Notes: generated from the letters alone by a model not told the origin. A stretch of 63,982 nt of DNA, filler included, from Octopus bimaculoides (GCF_001194135.2; 9 parts of 8 records of this genome joined end to end with filler, not necessarily neighbours in it); one strand, 5' to 3'. Positions 37,893 to 51,119 are shown, counted from the whole stretch's first letter. A program made the numbers and translations.

Positions 37893-38656
37893 GTCTTTTG
37901 CTGCTATTTCTAGCGAGTAGATGTCCTATTATAGGCATCTCTGCATTTTAAATGAATAATACATAGTCTATTGACTGTTTTTTTACTCTCGCTGGACCAC
38001 TGGTGGTAAATAAAATTTCTAAAAAAAATTTTTTTTTTGCTACCCTATAATTTATATATATATATATATAGTGTATGTATAGTAATATTACAATCATGAA
38101 ATTAGCACTAGCTTATCTCACTCTTTCTCATTGAACTCCTAGGAACCTTTTACAGAACCTTAGGGTTGCAGGGAACCCTGGTTGAGAAACGCTGCCATAG
38201 AGCATCAAAAGCGAGTGGGTTACGAATTGTGGTCAGTGCACTTGGGACCATCTCAATGAAAGCAATATTCTGGCATGAAAACTGAAAATACCAAACTTTA
38301 TTGGAAGTTCAGAGCAGAAGTAGTGGGGGACCATCATAGCCAAGTGTTGAGAGGAATTCTTTGGAGTTTGAATAATTCACCTTTGGAAACATAGGTGTTT
38401 TGCTCAACATCCTTAAACAAACCTTATTCAGGGACCTTTTGAGCAGGATGGGCTACTCGACCTGAAGAAAATTCTAACTGGGCCCCACCTGCGAGGTCAT
38501 GCGCTGTTTATCTTCATATGAGATCACCATGTCATGCACATATGGTCGTGATGCATGTTCCTGGTATACACTTATCAGATGGGTAGTCATGATGGGTATA
38601 ATGGGCTTCGTATATTTTACCCCAGTGTCACTTTGATGGCATGCACTGCTCTCTCA

Positions 38657-38706
<50 letters not shown>

Positions 38707-39418
38707 TGATAATGGTAATAGTTATAATAGTGCGCCATCTGACAACAGATTGCTGTCTGCTCTCACAGAATCAACCAGAGCAAGTAAGACTAAGAGCTCT
38801 GAGAATTAAAATCTATAATATTAATAGTATCAACATTTGGCTGAAGACCAGCAGTTTTGAAGAAAGGGAGTTTGTCAGTTGCATCAACCCCACAACTGAT
38901 ATTTTATTTCATTACCATTAAAACAATGAAATGCAAAGTTGATCATAATAGAATTTGATCTCAGAAAGTAAAAAGCTGAGCCAAATATTGAGAAAATGCT
39001 TCCTGTTCAGTGCTCTAATGATTCTACCAACCTACCTCTCTAAATGATAATAATGATGATAATAGTTTCAAATTTTGGAACAGTACCAGTAGCTTTTGAG
39101 GGGAGGGGGAAGTCAATTGCATCACCTCCAGTAACTGACTGGTACTTATTCCATTTTGAAAGAATTATTTTGCCTAAAAGAATAAATATTGAAAATTAAA
39201 ATAATTATAATATGATTAAGATGAATTAAGATAAAAAAAATTATACATAGATTAAAAATAAATTAAGAAATGAAAAATAATTAAGAGATAATTAAAGTAA
39301 TTAAAATAATTAAAAATAATAATTAGACAATCGAATCAAAAAATTTAAAAAATTCAAAGTAATAATGATAATAATGATAATAATAATAATCAGATTTTTT
39401 AAAGTATAATATGTCACC

Positions 39419-39805
39419 ATGAACACGAAGCTCCAATTATATCATTCTAATGGAGTATTGTGTTCAAACAATATTAGCATAAACTGTGGCATTTTCCAAG
39501 GTGACTCACTTTCACCACTAATTTTCTGCATAGCGCTAATACCACTCTCAAGTGAACTGAATAGAACATGGTATGGCTACAAAATTGACAACAGGAAAAT
39601 AAGCTATCTATTTCATATGGATGATTTAAAACTATATGGCAAAGATGACAAAGAGCTTGAAGGACTACTACATACTGTGAAAGGATTCAATGATGATATC
39701 AGGATGGAGTTTGGCCTTGAAAAGCGTGCCAAAGCCAATTTTAAGAAGGGGAGACCAGTAAAGTTAAGTTCAATAGAATTAGATGTCGAAACAGTAATAA
39801 AGGAA
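39419..39805 (+). mobile_element. R4/NeSL-type RT fragment (copy A)
   Basis: GIFQGDSLSPLIFCIALIPL..HMDDLKLYGK..DIRMEFGLEK; preceded by (TAA/TGA)n at ~39360-39390. Confidence 0.85.
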
Positions 39806-39809
39806 CGTG

Positions 39810-41190
39810 AGCAGGATAATGGAATGTATGAACCTATTTGGTATTGTATCAAATGTTGAGCGATTGCTTGGAAAAAGTATGGTGAATTGGAAGATAGACC
39901 TGACAGCATGTGGAAGAAGTTTAGGGACAGTAGAAATTAGGAGGGGCATCTTCCAAGGGGACTGCCTGTCCCCACTGATCTTTGTACTGTGCATGATAAC
40001 ACTAACACTGATTTTGAGGAAAGCAAAAGCTGGGTGTGTAATCAAAAGCCGCTAACAAAAAGTCAACCATTTGTTATTCATGGATGACCTCAAACTTTAT
40101 GGTAAAGATGAATCCCAAGTCAGTTCCCTCGTTGTTACGATGTATACTTTCAGTTCTAATATCAGAATGGGTTTTGAACTGAAAAAGTGTGGTGTGTTAG
40201 TCTTGAAGAGAGGCAAAATCAAATGTATGGACGGGCTATCGATACCTTCAGGGGAGGTTATGAAGCAGATAGAAGAGACATGCTATAAGTACTTGGGGAT
40301 TTTGGAAATGGATAAATTCATGGAGACAGAAATGACAGAAAACTTTAAGGTGGAGTACTTGTGCAGACAGAGACTGATCCTTAAGTCGAAATTAAATGAA
40401 TGGAATAAGATTAAAGTTATCAACACCTGGACGGTTTTACTACTTAGATATGGAGTAGGGGTAATTGCATGGACAGTAGATGAACTAAACAGCTTAGACA
40501 GAAAGAAAAGGAAGTTACTAACTAGATATATGATACTCCACCCCAAAAATGACACAGACAGACTATATATATCAAGAAAAAGAGGGGGAAAGGACTTATT
40601 GGATGCAAACACAGCATTAGAGCAGAAGAAAACAACATAGCATGGTATGTAAAAAATGCCATAGAACCACTGTTATTAGAAGTAAGAAAGTCAGGTTTGT
40701 GTAGAATAAAAGATTGCAAAGATAAAGCACTGTACAAGTAATTGAAAATTGATGAAACTGAAAATAGACGGGTAAACAAAAGAATGCAAGGACAATTTCA
40801 TAGGAATGTTGAAGATAAGACAGACAGAGAAAAAAGATGTGCTGTGGATGACTAAAAGTGATTTAAAACCAGAAACGGAGGCTCTAGTCTGTGCTGCCCA
40901 AGAGCAAGCACTAAGAACAAACTACATAAAATACAGAATAGACAACACAGCAGAAAATGATAAGTGCAGAATCGGCATATAAAATAGTGAAACAGTGTGG
41001 CATATTACCTGCCAATGTATGCCACTAGCCCAGAAGGGAGCACTTGCAGAAAACAGCACTGCATAGAACTGCTCAAATACTCTGGAAGGTGTTTGAAAAA
41101 TAAGAGGTATTATCTTAGGTCACTGGTAGTGAACAGCTGACATCATAGTACATCTTCAGCATCGAAAGCTGTGCAAAAAGCAATTATAAT
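39810..41190 (+). mobile_element. R4/Dong-type LINE fragment (copy B): RT, Zn-knuckle and C-terminus, with the RLE domain deleted
   Basis: RRGIFQGDCLSPL; HLLFMDDLKLYGK; DRLYISRKRGG; a CRI..ETVWHITC.C knuckle near 40960-41020; LQKTAL.RTAQILWKV*; ends in ataataatgataataata. Confidence 0.85.
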
Positions 41191-41367
41191 AATGATAATA
41201 ATAACAACAGCAAAATTATTTGTTCAGCAGTACAAACAAATAACAATGTTTATAAAGTATTCAATACTGCTAGTAGCATGATATCTGATAATGAAGTTAT
41301 GGCAATTTCAGGAATACTTCTTTTATCATAGCTTCATCTCTCAAATTATTCAAAATTTTACTAATAT

Positions 41368-41398
<31 letters not shown>

Positions 41399-41687
41399 NN
41401 NNNNNNNNNNNNNNNNNNNNNNNNNNNNNNNNNNNNNNNNNNNNNNNNNNNNNNNNNNNNNNNNNNNNNNNNNNNNNNNNNNNNNNNNNNNNNNNNNNNN
41501 NNNNNNNNNNNNNNNNNNNNNNNNNNNNNNNNNNNNNNNNNNNNNNNNNNNNNNNNNNNNNNNNNNNNNNNNNNNNNNNNNNNNNNNNNNNNNNNNNNNN
41601 NNNNNNNNNNNNNNNNNNNNNNNNNNNNNNNNNNNNNNNNNNATATATATATATATATATATATATACATTTATATATATATATATA

Positions 41688-41920
41688 CATGTTGCAGCAG
41701 AAAGGTTGCCCCGGTTTCAAAAGGTTAATAAAAAACAAACACATGAAGACAAAACAAAAAGTGATGCTCTCGGCCCCAGGCCATGGTGGACACAACCTGA
41801 AACAGAAAAAAAAAGTGGCATTTAATGAACTGTATAGAAATACAATGCTTTTTCATGCATCTTCATGTGTTTGTTTGTTATTAACCTTTGAAATCAGGGC
41901 AACCTTTCTGTCGTACCCTG
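41688..41920. mobile_element. Tc1/mariner-like MITE with ~60-bp arms
   Basis: cagaaaggttgcccYgRtttcaaa(a)ggttaataa..aaacaaacacatgaag is present at both ends in inverted orientation. Confidence 0.75.
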
Positions 41921-42283
41921 CATACACACACACACAAACACACACATGCACACACACACACACGTGCGCATACACACACACACACACACACAGACACACA
42001 CACACACACACACGCAGATATGTAATCATAAGATCCAAGAATCTAAGTGTAGGAAGTTTGTATGCTTCAAGCAGTCCATGGTAGATATAAACAAACTACA
42101 TTCAGGAATAATAATAAATCATAAGTGAGGGCTGTATGCTTTTCCCATATTGAAATTCGATGCTGAAAAAACATTTTTCATAGTTCATGGTTAGCAACTC
42201 GAGTCACTATGAATGCAAATAAAAACCCAGATTGAAGGAGTGGAGCAGGTAAAACTTATGCTACATATTATATCTTCAAATTA

Positions 42284-42512
42284 TTGGGTTGTCTGGAAAG
42301 TTCATGCCGATTTTTAAAGGAAAGAAAAAGGTCAATAAATACCTGCCATTACATTTTTTAATCAACCAAATATGAACCATTTTGTTGCACGATGTGTCTT
42401 TATCTTTCCTTTAACTTGAAAATACCCTCTTCCCAGAATTGAGGTGGTTTCATGGCAAATAAGTCGAAAGGTAAGCTACTATAAATCAGCATGAGCTTTC
42501 CGGACAACCCAA
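42284..42512 (-). mobile_element. Second copy of the mariner-derived MITE, opposite orientation
   Basis: Same TIRs, TA flanks and the same internal deletion structure as 22123-22361. Confidence 0.9.
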
Positions 42513-42680
42513 TATATCTTCAGCACATTAACTTGGGATTCCTTAATGGCAATATAACCTTCATATAATTAAGGCCTCTTTGGCCTGATGTGTAACTAGC
42601 TGATTAGCCGTTGTTGTGAAATTATTACATCAGAGGATCTGCTTTCTAGGAAAATTATGCAGCCTGGAACTCACTCAATT

Positions 42681-42711
<31 letters not shown>

Positions 42712-42773
42712 ACATGTGTGCATACGTCTGCCTGTGTATGTTTGTGTGTGTGTGAGTGTGTGTTATGTATGAA

Positions 42774-42808
<35 letters not shown>

Positions 42809-43075
42809 ATATATATNNNNNNNNNNNNNNNNNNNNNNNNNNNNNNNNNNNNNNNNNNNNNNNNNNNNNNNNNNNNNNNNNNNNNNNNNNNNNNNNNNNN
42901 NNNNNNNNNNNNNNNNNNNNNNNNNNNNNNNNNNNNNNNNNNNNNNNNNNNNNNNNNNNNNNNNNNNNNNNNNNTCTATAAAAGAGAGGATGCGTGTGTG
43001 TGTGTACGTGAATGTAGTCCACAAATTAGCACGCATGTCGCTCCAATTTTAGGAGGACATTGTTCATGACCCTAC

Positions 43076-43198
43076 CTGCATTTTCGTCAACTTTGTCTCT
43101 CAGAGGCACCCGCGTATAGCTGTAAAAATCGATAAACTTTTACCAATTTTGAAGTTTGTTGACATGGCGAAGTCAAATCTGTGCGTACGCGCGTGAAG

Positions 43199-43200
<2 letters not shown>
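43076..43200 (-). promoter_or_regulatory. Candidate promoter/first exon of an unidentified minus-strand transcript
   Basis: Local CpG cluster (gcgtacgcgcg), CGCCATG YY1/Kozak-like site at 43165, a TATCGAT motif and a CAG|GTAGGG donor at 43076. No downstream coding exon was identified. Confidence 0.3.
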
Positions 43201-43230
<30 letters not shown>

Positions 43231-43816
43231 TAAAGAAAGAAAGAAATAGTGTGTTTGTGACAGGGGGGAGATACAGTGTTTGCTAGCATCCCCCCGCCAA
43301 AAAAAATGAAAAAAGTGGGTAAGGCAGACAGAAATCAAAGCAAATTTCTAAGCAAGACAGAGTTTACTTTGCTAGCGTCTAAAAAAGAAAAACTGAAGAA
43401 CGAAAAAGTGGAAAGGGAAGCAGAAAGCGTATTAGGAATGAAAATGTAGTTAAGACAGAGTAAGTGTAAAATGTAAAAGGCATTTTTTTTTTCTTAAACA
43501 TGAGATATAGTTTAAAATATACGATGTTTTTGAAAGACACTATATTCTATAATGAGATTATATATACTTTCTCACACAACAATTCAAATATATTCATTTT
43601 AAATCATTTATTTGTTTTAAATCATTCATCTTTCTCCCACCTTTCACTCTCACACACACACCCATATACTACTTTGGGAGCGAAAGAGTTTTATTTATAT
43701 TTCACAACAACTATGAAACAAAAATGTAACAATTTGTCAATCCACCCCCCAACCTGTTTTTCGGACCACAAAAAGGGTTTGGTAATTTTTCAGATTAACA
43801 CCCGCACGATTTCCAC

Positions 43817-43970
43817 TAGGGTGTTACGGTTAGAGTTTTAGGATTAGGATTAGGGTTAAGGTTAGTGTTAGGGTTAGGGTTAGGGTTAGGATTAGGGTTG
43901 GTGTTAGGGTTACGGTTTTAGGGTCAGGGATAGGGTTAGGGTTTAGGGTTAGAGTTTAGGGTTAGAGTTA
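43817..43970 (+). repeat. Degenerate interstitial telomeric (TTAGGG)n tract
   Basis: About 25 variant hexamers (ttaggg, ttagga, ttagag, ttacgg), running into a gap. Confidence 0.85.
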
Positions 43971-44668
43971 NNNNNNNNNNNNNNNNNNNNNNNNNNNNNN
44001 NNNNNNNNNNNNNNTTAATTAATTAANNNNNNNNNNNNNNNNNNNNNNNNNNNNNNNNNNNNNNNNNNNNATTGAACCAACCTATAGGTCGATCAACCAT
44101 AGATATATGGAAGATATATGCTTTTTCTCAGCGTTCAAATTCCATCTAATCTAAGTTACCAGGTTTTATAATACCTTAATACTTGATCAGCACTACTGAA
44201 ACAATTGGATTAACACACGTAAATATACATATATACATATAGATACATACATACAACTACCACCACATATACGTGCGTAGAGGCACACATGCATATGCAT
44301 ATATGCATGGATATATGTGCGTATCTGTATATATACACACACACATAAACAATGCACAAGTGCATTGTGACTAGTGATGTGTAATAACTTGTCAATGCCT
44401 GATGGGTAGTCATGCGTAAATACATAAATGGCTGCATACGTATTCTATGTATATATACACATATCGGATTGAGTAAAATCTTTTTGGGAATTTCATTGAT
44501 GAATTTTGGCAACTTGCTATGGACTGTCCAAACTGTCTCAACGAACTCATAGTACACGACTGGTTAAGACATTTCAAGGTAGTCGGCGCCGGTCTGATTA
44601 ACAATCCAGAAGTCAGAAGGATTTCCTTTTGTAGAAAATGTAGTCTTACTTGAAATGTTTCAACAACA

Positions 44669-44712
<44 letters not shown>

Positions 44713-46331
44713 NNNNNNNNNNNNNNNNNNNNNNNNNNNNNNNNNNNNNNNNNNNNNNNNNNNNNNNNNNNNNNNNNNNNNNNNNNNNNNNNNNNNNNNN
44801 NNNNNNNNNNNNNNNNNNNNNNNNNNNNNNNNNNNNNNNNNNNNNNNNNNNNNNNNNNNNNNNNNNNNNNNNNNNNNNNNNNNNNNNNNNNNNNNNNNNN
44901 NNNNNNNNNNNNNNNNNNNNNNNNNNNNNNNNNNNNNNNNNNNNNNNNNNNNNNNNNNNNNNNNNNNNNNNNNNNNNNNNNNNNNNNNNNNNNNNNNNNN
45001 NNNNNNNNNNNNNNNNNNNNNNNNNNNNNNNNNNNNNNNNNNNNNNNNNNNNNNNNNNNNNNNNNNNNNNNNNNNNNNNNNNNNNNNNNNATATATATAT
45101 AATTCTCTAAAAATCAGATTAGTCATTCTCTCTAAAGGGCATTTTTTTTATTTCTACCAATAAAATATATAGTGTGTTATGCAAATTCCAAGTGTACCCG
45201 TTCAAGATTTTCACATATGTTTGTGCAAGCCTCTCACTAATATTTAACGGTGCTGAATTGTTTGTTAGATATACTAGAATATCTAAAAATTTTCTAAATT
45301 TTTTTACGAAAATTTCCTCTTCATAATACAACCCCGTATAGGCATATAATACTACATTACATACAATAACAAATTCCATCGGTCGTTGCTCAACTAAGTA
45401 ACATGAATATATCTACATAAATTTAATTGATCTTTTCAATACTCGAACTTTCTGTTTCCCAAAAATTTCAGATTTACTGTTTCGATATAAATGTTGCAGT
45501 AATCTGTTTGAATATCAATATTTACTCTGCAATCCACAGGTCATATCTCTGGCTGCCATTTTTCTAAAGCCTTCATTTTTCTACTATTTTATACCATAAG
45601 CTCAATATAGCTAATTTAGCAGAATATATTTAATTTAACCTCACCATCGCTTCTATGCCGATAGGATGCTATAAATCAAATCCTTAACATATGAAGCTGA
45701 AGCTCAACAAATCTGTACAAAAACATCATATTAGCCTGATCGAAGGAATTTCAAATACGATTTAATCATATTTCTTCATTCTGAAGCATAGAAGAGAATG
45801 CAAATTGTAATGAAACACTTGAATTTTGTATACAAATACAATGACGACTTTCAAACTATTGATATCAACGGGAGCAAAACTTCTTAAACGTTCCAAACAT
45901 CCATTTTACCCACTAACATTCTACTTCATACAGCCTAAAAACAAACAATATATTTATGAATATTCTAAAACTAATATATTAAATGCTCCTCCTCAAGAAT
46001 TTCATTTTCAAAACTGCACTTAACTTTTTTTTATTTACAAACCCAACCGTTCCTTCCAGTCATTTCCAAATTCATATCTAAATTAAAATCTTGATGAAAA
46101 TGTCATTTGTGCTTTAGTAACAGTTTATCGTGATTTCTTTAGATAAACACTTTCTGTACACCATCCAATATTTTGAAAAGTGATTGATGTTGTGTGTGTG
46201 TGTGTGTGTGTGGCTGTCTGTCTATGTGTCTCTGTGTCTGTGCTAGTATGAGTGTAATATATTCTGAAGGGTAACAGCATGATGAAATTTCAATATACAT
46301 AAATATATACGCACATGCACATATATAAGTA

Positions 46332-46363
<32 letters not shown>

Positions 46364-47318
46364 AGCGTGTGTCTGTTTATATTTATGTATGCATGTATGT
46401 ATGCATGTATGTATGTATGTATGCATTTATGTATGTATGTGTAGCAATTTTTGGATGATTTAAAGGAATATAGGTTTGAGGTTGTGTTGGCGAATCATGA
46501 TTTCTATGAGTTTTCTACACAGTTAATATTAAAGTAAATTATTCATAACATTTGTTGAAATTAGATTTTGTATTAGTTTTCCACCAGTTAAATGAAGTTA
46601 CTGAAAGCAACAATAACCACACAAAAAAAATTGAAATTGTGGAAGTGGTATATTTTAAAGCACATTAAGTGTAAATTGTTTAAAAAGCAAATGCTAGTCA
46701 ATTCTTCATGTCGTTGAAAATCCATTGTCTATTACGTTTACCTATTTCAACGTATTTATTCTATTTAACAACTGAAGAGACTAATTTCTCAGTCAAAATG
46801 AAGACAAAGAGAAAAGAGAACGACCAGCATTAGAAAATTTAGAGCTTTCTTCAGTCCTACAGAATGTGCCACCTCGTGATGAGGTTTACTTCCTTGAAAT
46901 CTTCCCCTCGACTTTAACGACTAAAATACCTGGAAAACACAGTCAAAAATCTATACTCAACATGTCAACAGACAATTGATATTATTTTATGAACGAGTAT
47001 ATTATTAACTAAGTCTGTTACTAGAAAAAAATTGAAATGTTAGACGTCAAAATAAGTTACAAGTCATATCAAGCAGCGTGACACTCTTCAAATAGCTGCT
47101 TCATCCGATTATTTTCTCTTTATCTTACGTAAAGATTTTCTGGCTTCTTCGATTTTAATGCTCCAGGTAAACATAGAGTTTGCCTAGTGCGTATGGTCGA
47201 GAATGGAGAAGGCGGACGAATTAGTCGTAGTTGGAGCAGGTCATATAATGATCAGCTTAACTTATCCTAATATATAAATATATATGTGTATGTGTGTGTG
47301 TGGGGGTAACTATATGTA

Positions 47319-47820
47319 AAGGGTGTGGCAAACAAACTGTCATCTAAATTACATAAAAATATCTTAGAATGCTAAAGTGTAAATTTAATCAACAAAATAG
47401 CCATCGGCTTCAATCACGGCCCTCAGACGACTTCGGAATCACCTGCAACTCTTCTGGGGGTCGCCTTTTTTAAGTTGTCTTCAGTTCATCGTTGGTGTTA
47501 CAAGGAGTATTGTAAGTCTCTCATTCAACTGTGGCTCACACATAATAATCAATCAGTTGGAGCCTAGGGAGTTCGGTGGCAAAATTTTAGGAGTGAATTG
47601 GTCGCAGAAATTGTCTGACAGCCACAACTCGATTCTCCAGCTTGCGTGGCATGGTATAGATTCCTCGTGCCAGCATCCACCCTCTTGAGCCAGGGCAGCA
47701 TTACCTCCTCCAGGTACTTGTTGTAGGCCTCTGTGTTATGTCTCAGGCCATGTGGGAAGACTAACGGAAGCATAACTTCGCTATCACTAGTAATCACTCT
47801 AAACACCATGATGTATCACT
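47319..47820 (-). mobile_element. maT/DD37D-like transposase 3' fragment with one terminus
   Basis: MVFRVITSDSEVMLPLVFPHGLR..YLEEVMLPW; IDYYV.ATVE..ELK..FRSRLRAVIEADG; terminus TA|AAGGGTGTGGCAAAC. Confidence 0.8.
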
Positions 47821-50800
47821 CTCACTATATGTTCTCAGATTGCACTGTCCGAGAGTGACATCCAAACACTGTGAAATTTTCGTATTGGAGCTTCCGCCCC
47901 GAATGTCAAGCAGTACAATATACCGTTTCCACAGTCCCAGCAGAATGATTTGCGTCATAGTGCTGTTTACTTACAGATGATATCCAACGGGCAATACTAT
48001 ACTGTGTAGTCGACAAGATCAAAAACAAACAATTTAAAATATGGAATTGCAACAATTTACCCATCGCACGCTGAGTGTGTGTTTGTGTGCACATGTGTGT
48101 ATGTGTATGTGTGTGTGTGTGTGTGTGTGGGTGTGTGCTCGTTTTAAGTAATGGAGTAGATAAAATCCGAACAAAATATGTCTCATACCCTGGTGTATAC
48201 TAAAGGGTACTCCTCAGTACAATGATACTTTGATTAAATTAAGTTTACATTGTCACAATGAGGTACATGTTAACACATGGAAGATTCGATGACAATGTGT
48301 AGAGGGAAGGGTAAGAGTGGAGAACCTAGCCTCGATCCTTGACTCATACATTTATAAACATATATATATATATATANNNNNNNNNNNNNNNNNNNNNNNN
48401 NNNNNNNNNNNNNNNNNNNNNNNNNNNNNNNNNNNNNNNNNNNNNNNNNNNNNNNNNNNNNNNNNNNNNNNNNNNNNNNNNNNNNNNNNNNNNNNNNNNN
48501 NNNNNNNNNNNNNNNNNNNNNNNNNNNNNNNNNNNNNNNNNNNNNNNNNNNNNNNNNNNNNNNNNNNNNNNNNNNNNNNNNNNNNNNNNNNNNNNNNNNN
48601 NNNNNNNNNNNNNNNNNNNNNNNNNNNNNNNNNNNNNNNNNNNNNNNNNNNNNNNNNNNNNNNNNNNNNNNNNNNNNNNNNNNNNNNNNNNNNNNNNNNN
48701 NNNNNNNNNNNNNNNNNNNNNNNNNNNNNNNNNNNNNNNNNNNNNNNNNNNNNNNNNNNNNNNNNNNNNNNNNNNNNNNNNNNNNNNNNNNNNNNNNNNN
48801 NNNNNNNNNNNNNNNNNNNNNNNNNNNNNNNNNNNNNNNNNNNNNNNNNNNNNNNNNNNNNNNNNNNNNNNNNNNNNNNNNNNNNNNNNNNNNNNNNNNN
48901 NNNNNNNNNNNNNNNNNNNNNNNNNNNNNNNNNNNNNNNNNNNNNNNNNNNNNNNNNNNNNNNNNNNNNNNNNNNNNNNNNNNNNNNNNNNNNNNNNNNN
49001 NNNNNNNNNNNNNNNNNNNNNNNNNNNNNNNNNNNNNNNNNNNNNNNNNNNNNNNNNNNNNNNNNNNNNNNNNNNNNNNNNNNNNNNNNNNNNNNNNNNN
49101 NNNNNNNNNNNNNNNNNTATATAGATATAGATATATATATATATATATATATTAAATTCAAATTACGATAAACGTAAACAAACAAACGAAGTTTGTTTTT
49201 AGAAGCGTTGAAATGTCTTAGAAAGGTTAAGAAGTGATTTTAAATTCTCAAACGCAGGATAATGCTAATAATATAGCCTGAACAGGATAAACTACCCCTA
49301 TTAGATTACGATGTTTCAAACCTTCACACTTACCTGTATTACATTTGTATGACACAGATTTTAAGATAGATTTATAACATATACACCATTTTACTATATT
49401 ATATAACTTTTGTTATTCTAAAATGTGACAAATTCGAAGGTTCATTGAGAAGTTATTTGCAACACGCTGTAGCATATTTTACTTAGAAATATAATATAGA
49501 ATCGGTTAAATTTCTGATAATTATGTAATATCGAATTAGCCATGTGAATGTTACAGAAGCAAAGCTTTAGAAACAATTTACTGTTGCTGTAATCCTGTTA
49601 CTCATGCGTTGATTTTCCGGAAATTATAATAATAACATTAATGGATTCTTTAGGGAGTAACGCTTATTTATAGTTAATGTTATGGTTTGGTAAGAAGTGA
49701 TACTACAACATACAACAATACTCTGCAGGATTTCTGACAATACGGGTAATATAATTAAACGGAGATTAGTCGAATTATTTGCAGCAGCTTAGACTCAGAG
49801 AAAGTACCCTAGGGAGAATTAAAGAAGTCAAAGTGAATGCCAACAACAATTACCGACCGAAGCCATGTAAGCTTCTTCTAAAGACCTGCAGCTATTTGTG
49901 TTGCTTGCAATCCCAATCTATATAAGGTTGGTTGGTAGAGAGACCATATTGCATTGGAACCAGCGCCCAAAATAAAATCAAATTCGCACCTTTAGACACT
50001 AGCAGGAAAACATCGGTGCAGGAACAACTTATATCCATTATTATATTCTATTTGTGATTATATCCATATATTATTATTTTCACTTTTACATTTAAAAAAT
50101 AGAAAGCTATGTTTGTTTGTTCAGACAAGAATATATGAAGAAAGAAAAAGAAAACAAATCAATTAGTAAACACCAAAAGAAGATCAAATGTTTGACACTG
50201 ATCAGGATTTACTTGCTAAGACGTTCAAAATAAAATATATGTATATATATANNNNNNNNNNNNNNNNNNNNNNNNNNNNNNNNNNNNNNNNNNNNNNNNN
50301 NNNNNNNNNNNNNNNNNNNNNNNNNNNNNNNNNNNNNNNNNNNNNNNNNNNNNNNNNNNNNNNNNNNNNNNNNNNNNNNNNNNNNNNNNNNNNNNNNNNN
50401 NNNNNNNNNNNNNNNNNNNNNNNNNNNNNNNNNNNNNNNNNNNNCTGTATAAAGGTATATATATATATATATATATACATATATATTGTTATTCATAACT
50501 GTTTAGAGGATTCTTGGCTTCAATGCCAACATTTCAGAATGTATTGTTAAACATGCATCAATTTTAGGATCTTGGAAAAACACGGTTCTTAAATCTGCAC
50601 TCTCTCACTCTCTCTCTCTCTTCTTCTTCCCTCTCTCTCTCTCTATCTCTCATTCACACACACACACACAGACACATATACTCTCTCTCTCTCTCTTTTT
50701 CTCTGTCATAACAATTATAGAGAACACAATTCTCAAATATAAGAAAAATATTGTCTTAAGAAAACTATTGGTTCGATAAAAAATCAAAAACAAAATCACA

Positions 50801-51119
50801 CGTACGTTGAAAATACAATGATTTTTTATGATGGTCAAAACGATGTAAGTTATGAAAATTCTAAACACCGTTAAAATATGTTACAATTATGAAAAACATA
50901 TTCAGTATATGTCTCCAGGCATTCAGTCATGTCTTTATTAACACACTTCCATAACCAAATTACGCGAGCCTTTTACTTACATCGTAAGAAAACTGAAAAT
51001 TTACAGCTCACTGTTAGCTTTAAATCACCAGACAAAATCAAACCGGAATTCAAATAAACGTTTGAAATATCGAAGATTCAGATGAAAGCCTTTCCTCCTT
51101 GAATCCTTTGCACTGAGAG

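Larger units (their letters stand above)
36320..38194. mobile_element. Non-autonomous hAT (Charlie-like) element with nested insertions
   Basis: TIRs are CAGTGTTTCTCAACC and GGTTGAGAAACGCTG. The 8-bp TSD is tcatagag (36312-19) / ccatagag (38195-202). Confidence 0.8.
36020..38720 (+). mobile_element. 3' end of an R4/Dong-type RLE LINE (endonuclease domain, 3' UTR, (TAA)n tail), interrupted by a hAT element
   Basis: 36040-36319 translates KHGLECSSKWYAHKP..ENDLVKL..QNIVKTEHEKVEKYQDLALDVKCIHR. After removing 36320-38194 and one TSD copy, the frame continues ASKASGLRIVVSALGTISMK. The (TAA)n tail is at 38657-38702. Confidence 0.8.

Noticed and set aside
41693-41811. Strong minus-strand acceptor and signal-peptide-like frame
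   Set aside because: It lies inside a MITE and mostly within one inverted arm.
49785-49866. 82-nt exon candidate with a GTAAGC donor
   Set aside because: Weak polypyrimidine tract and no recognisable product.
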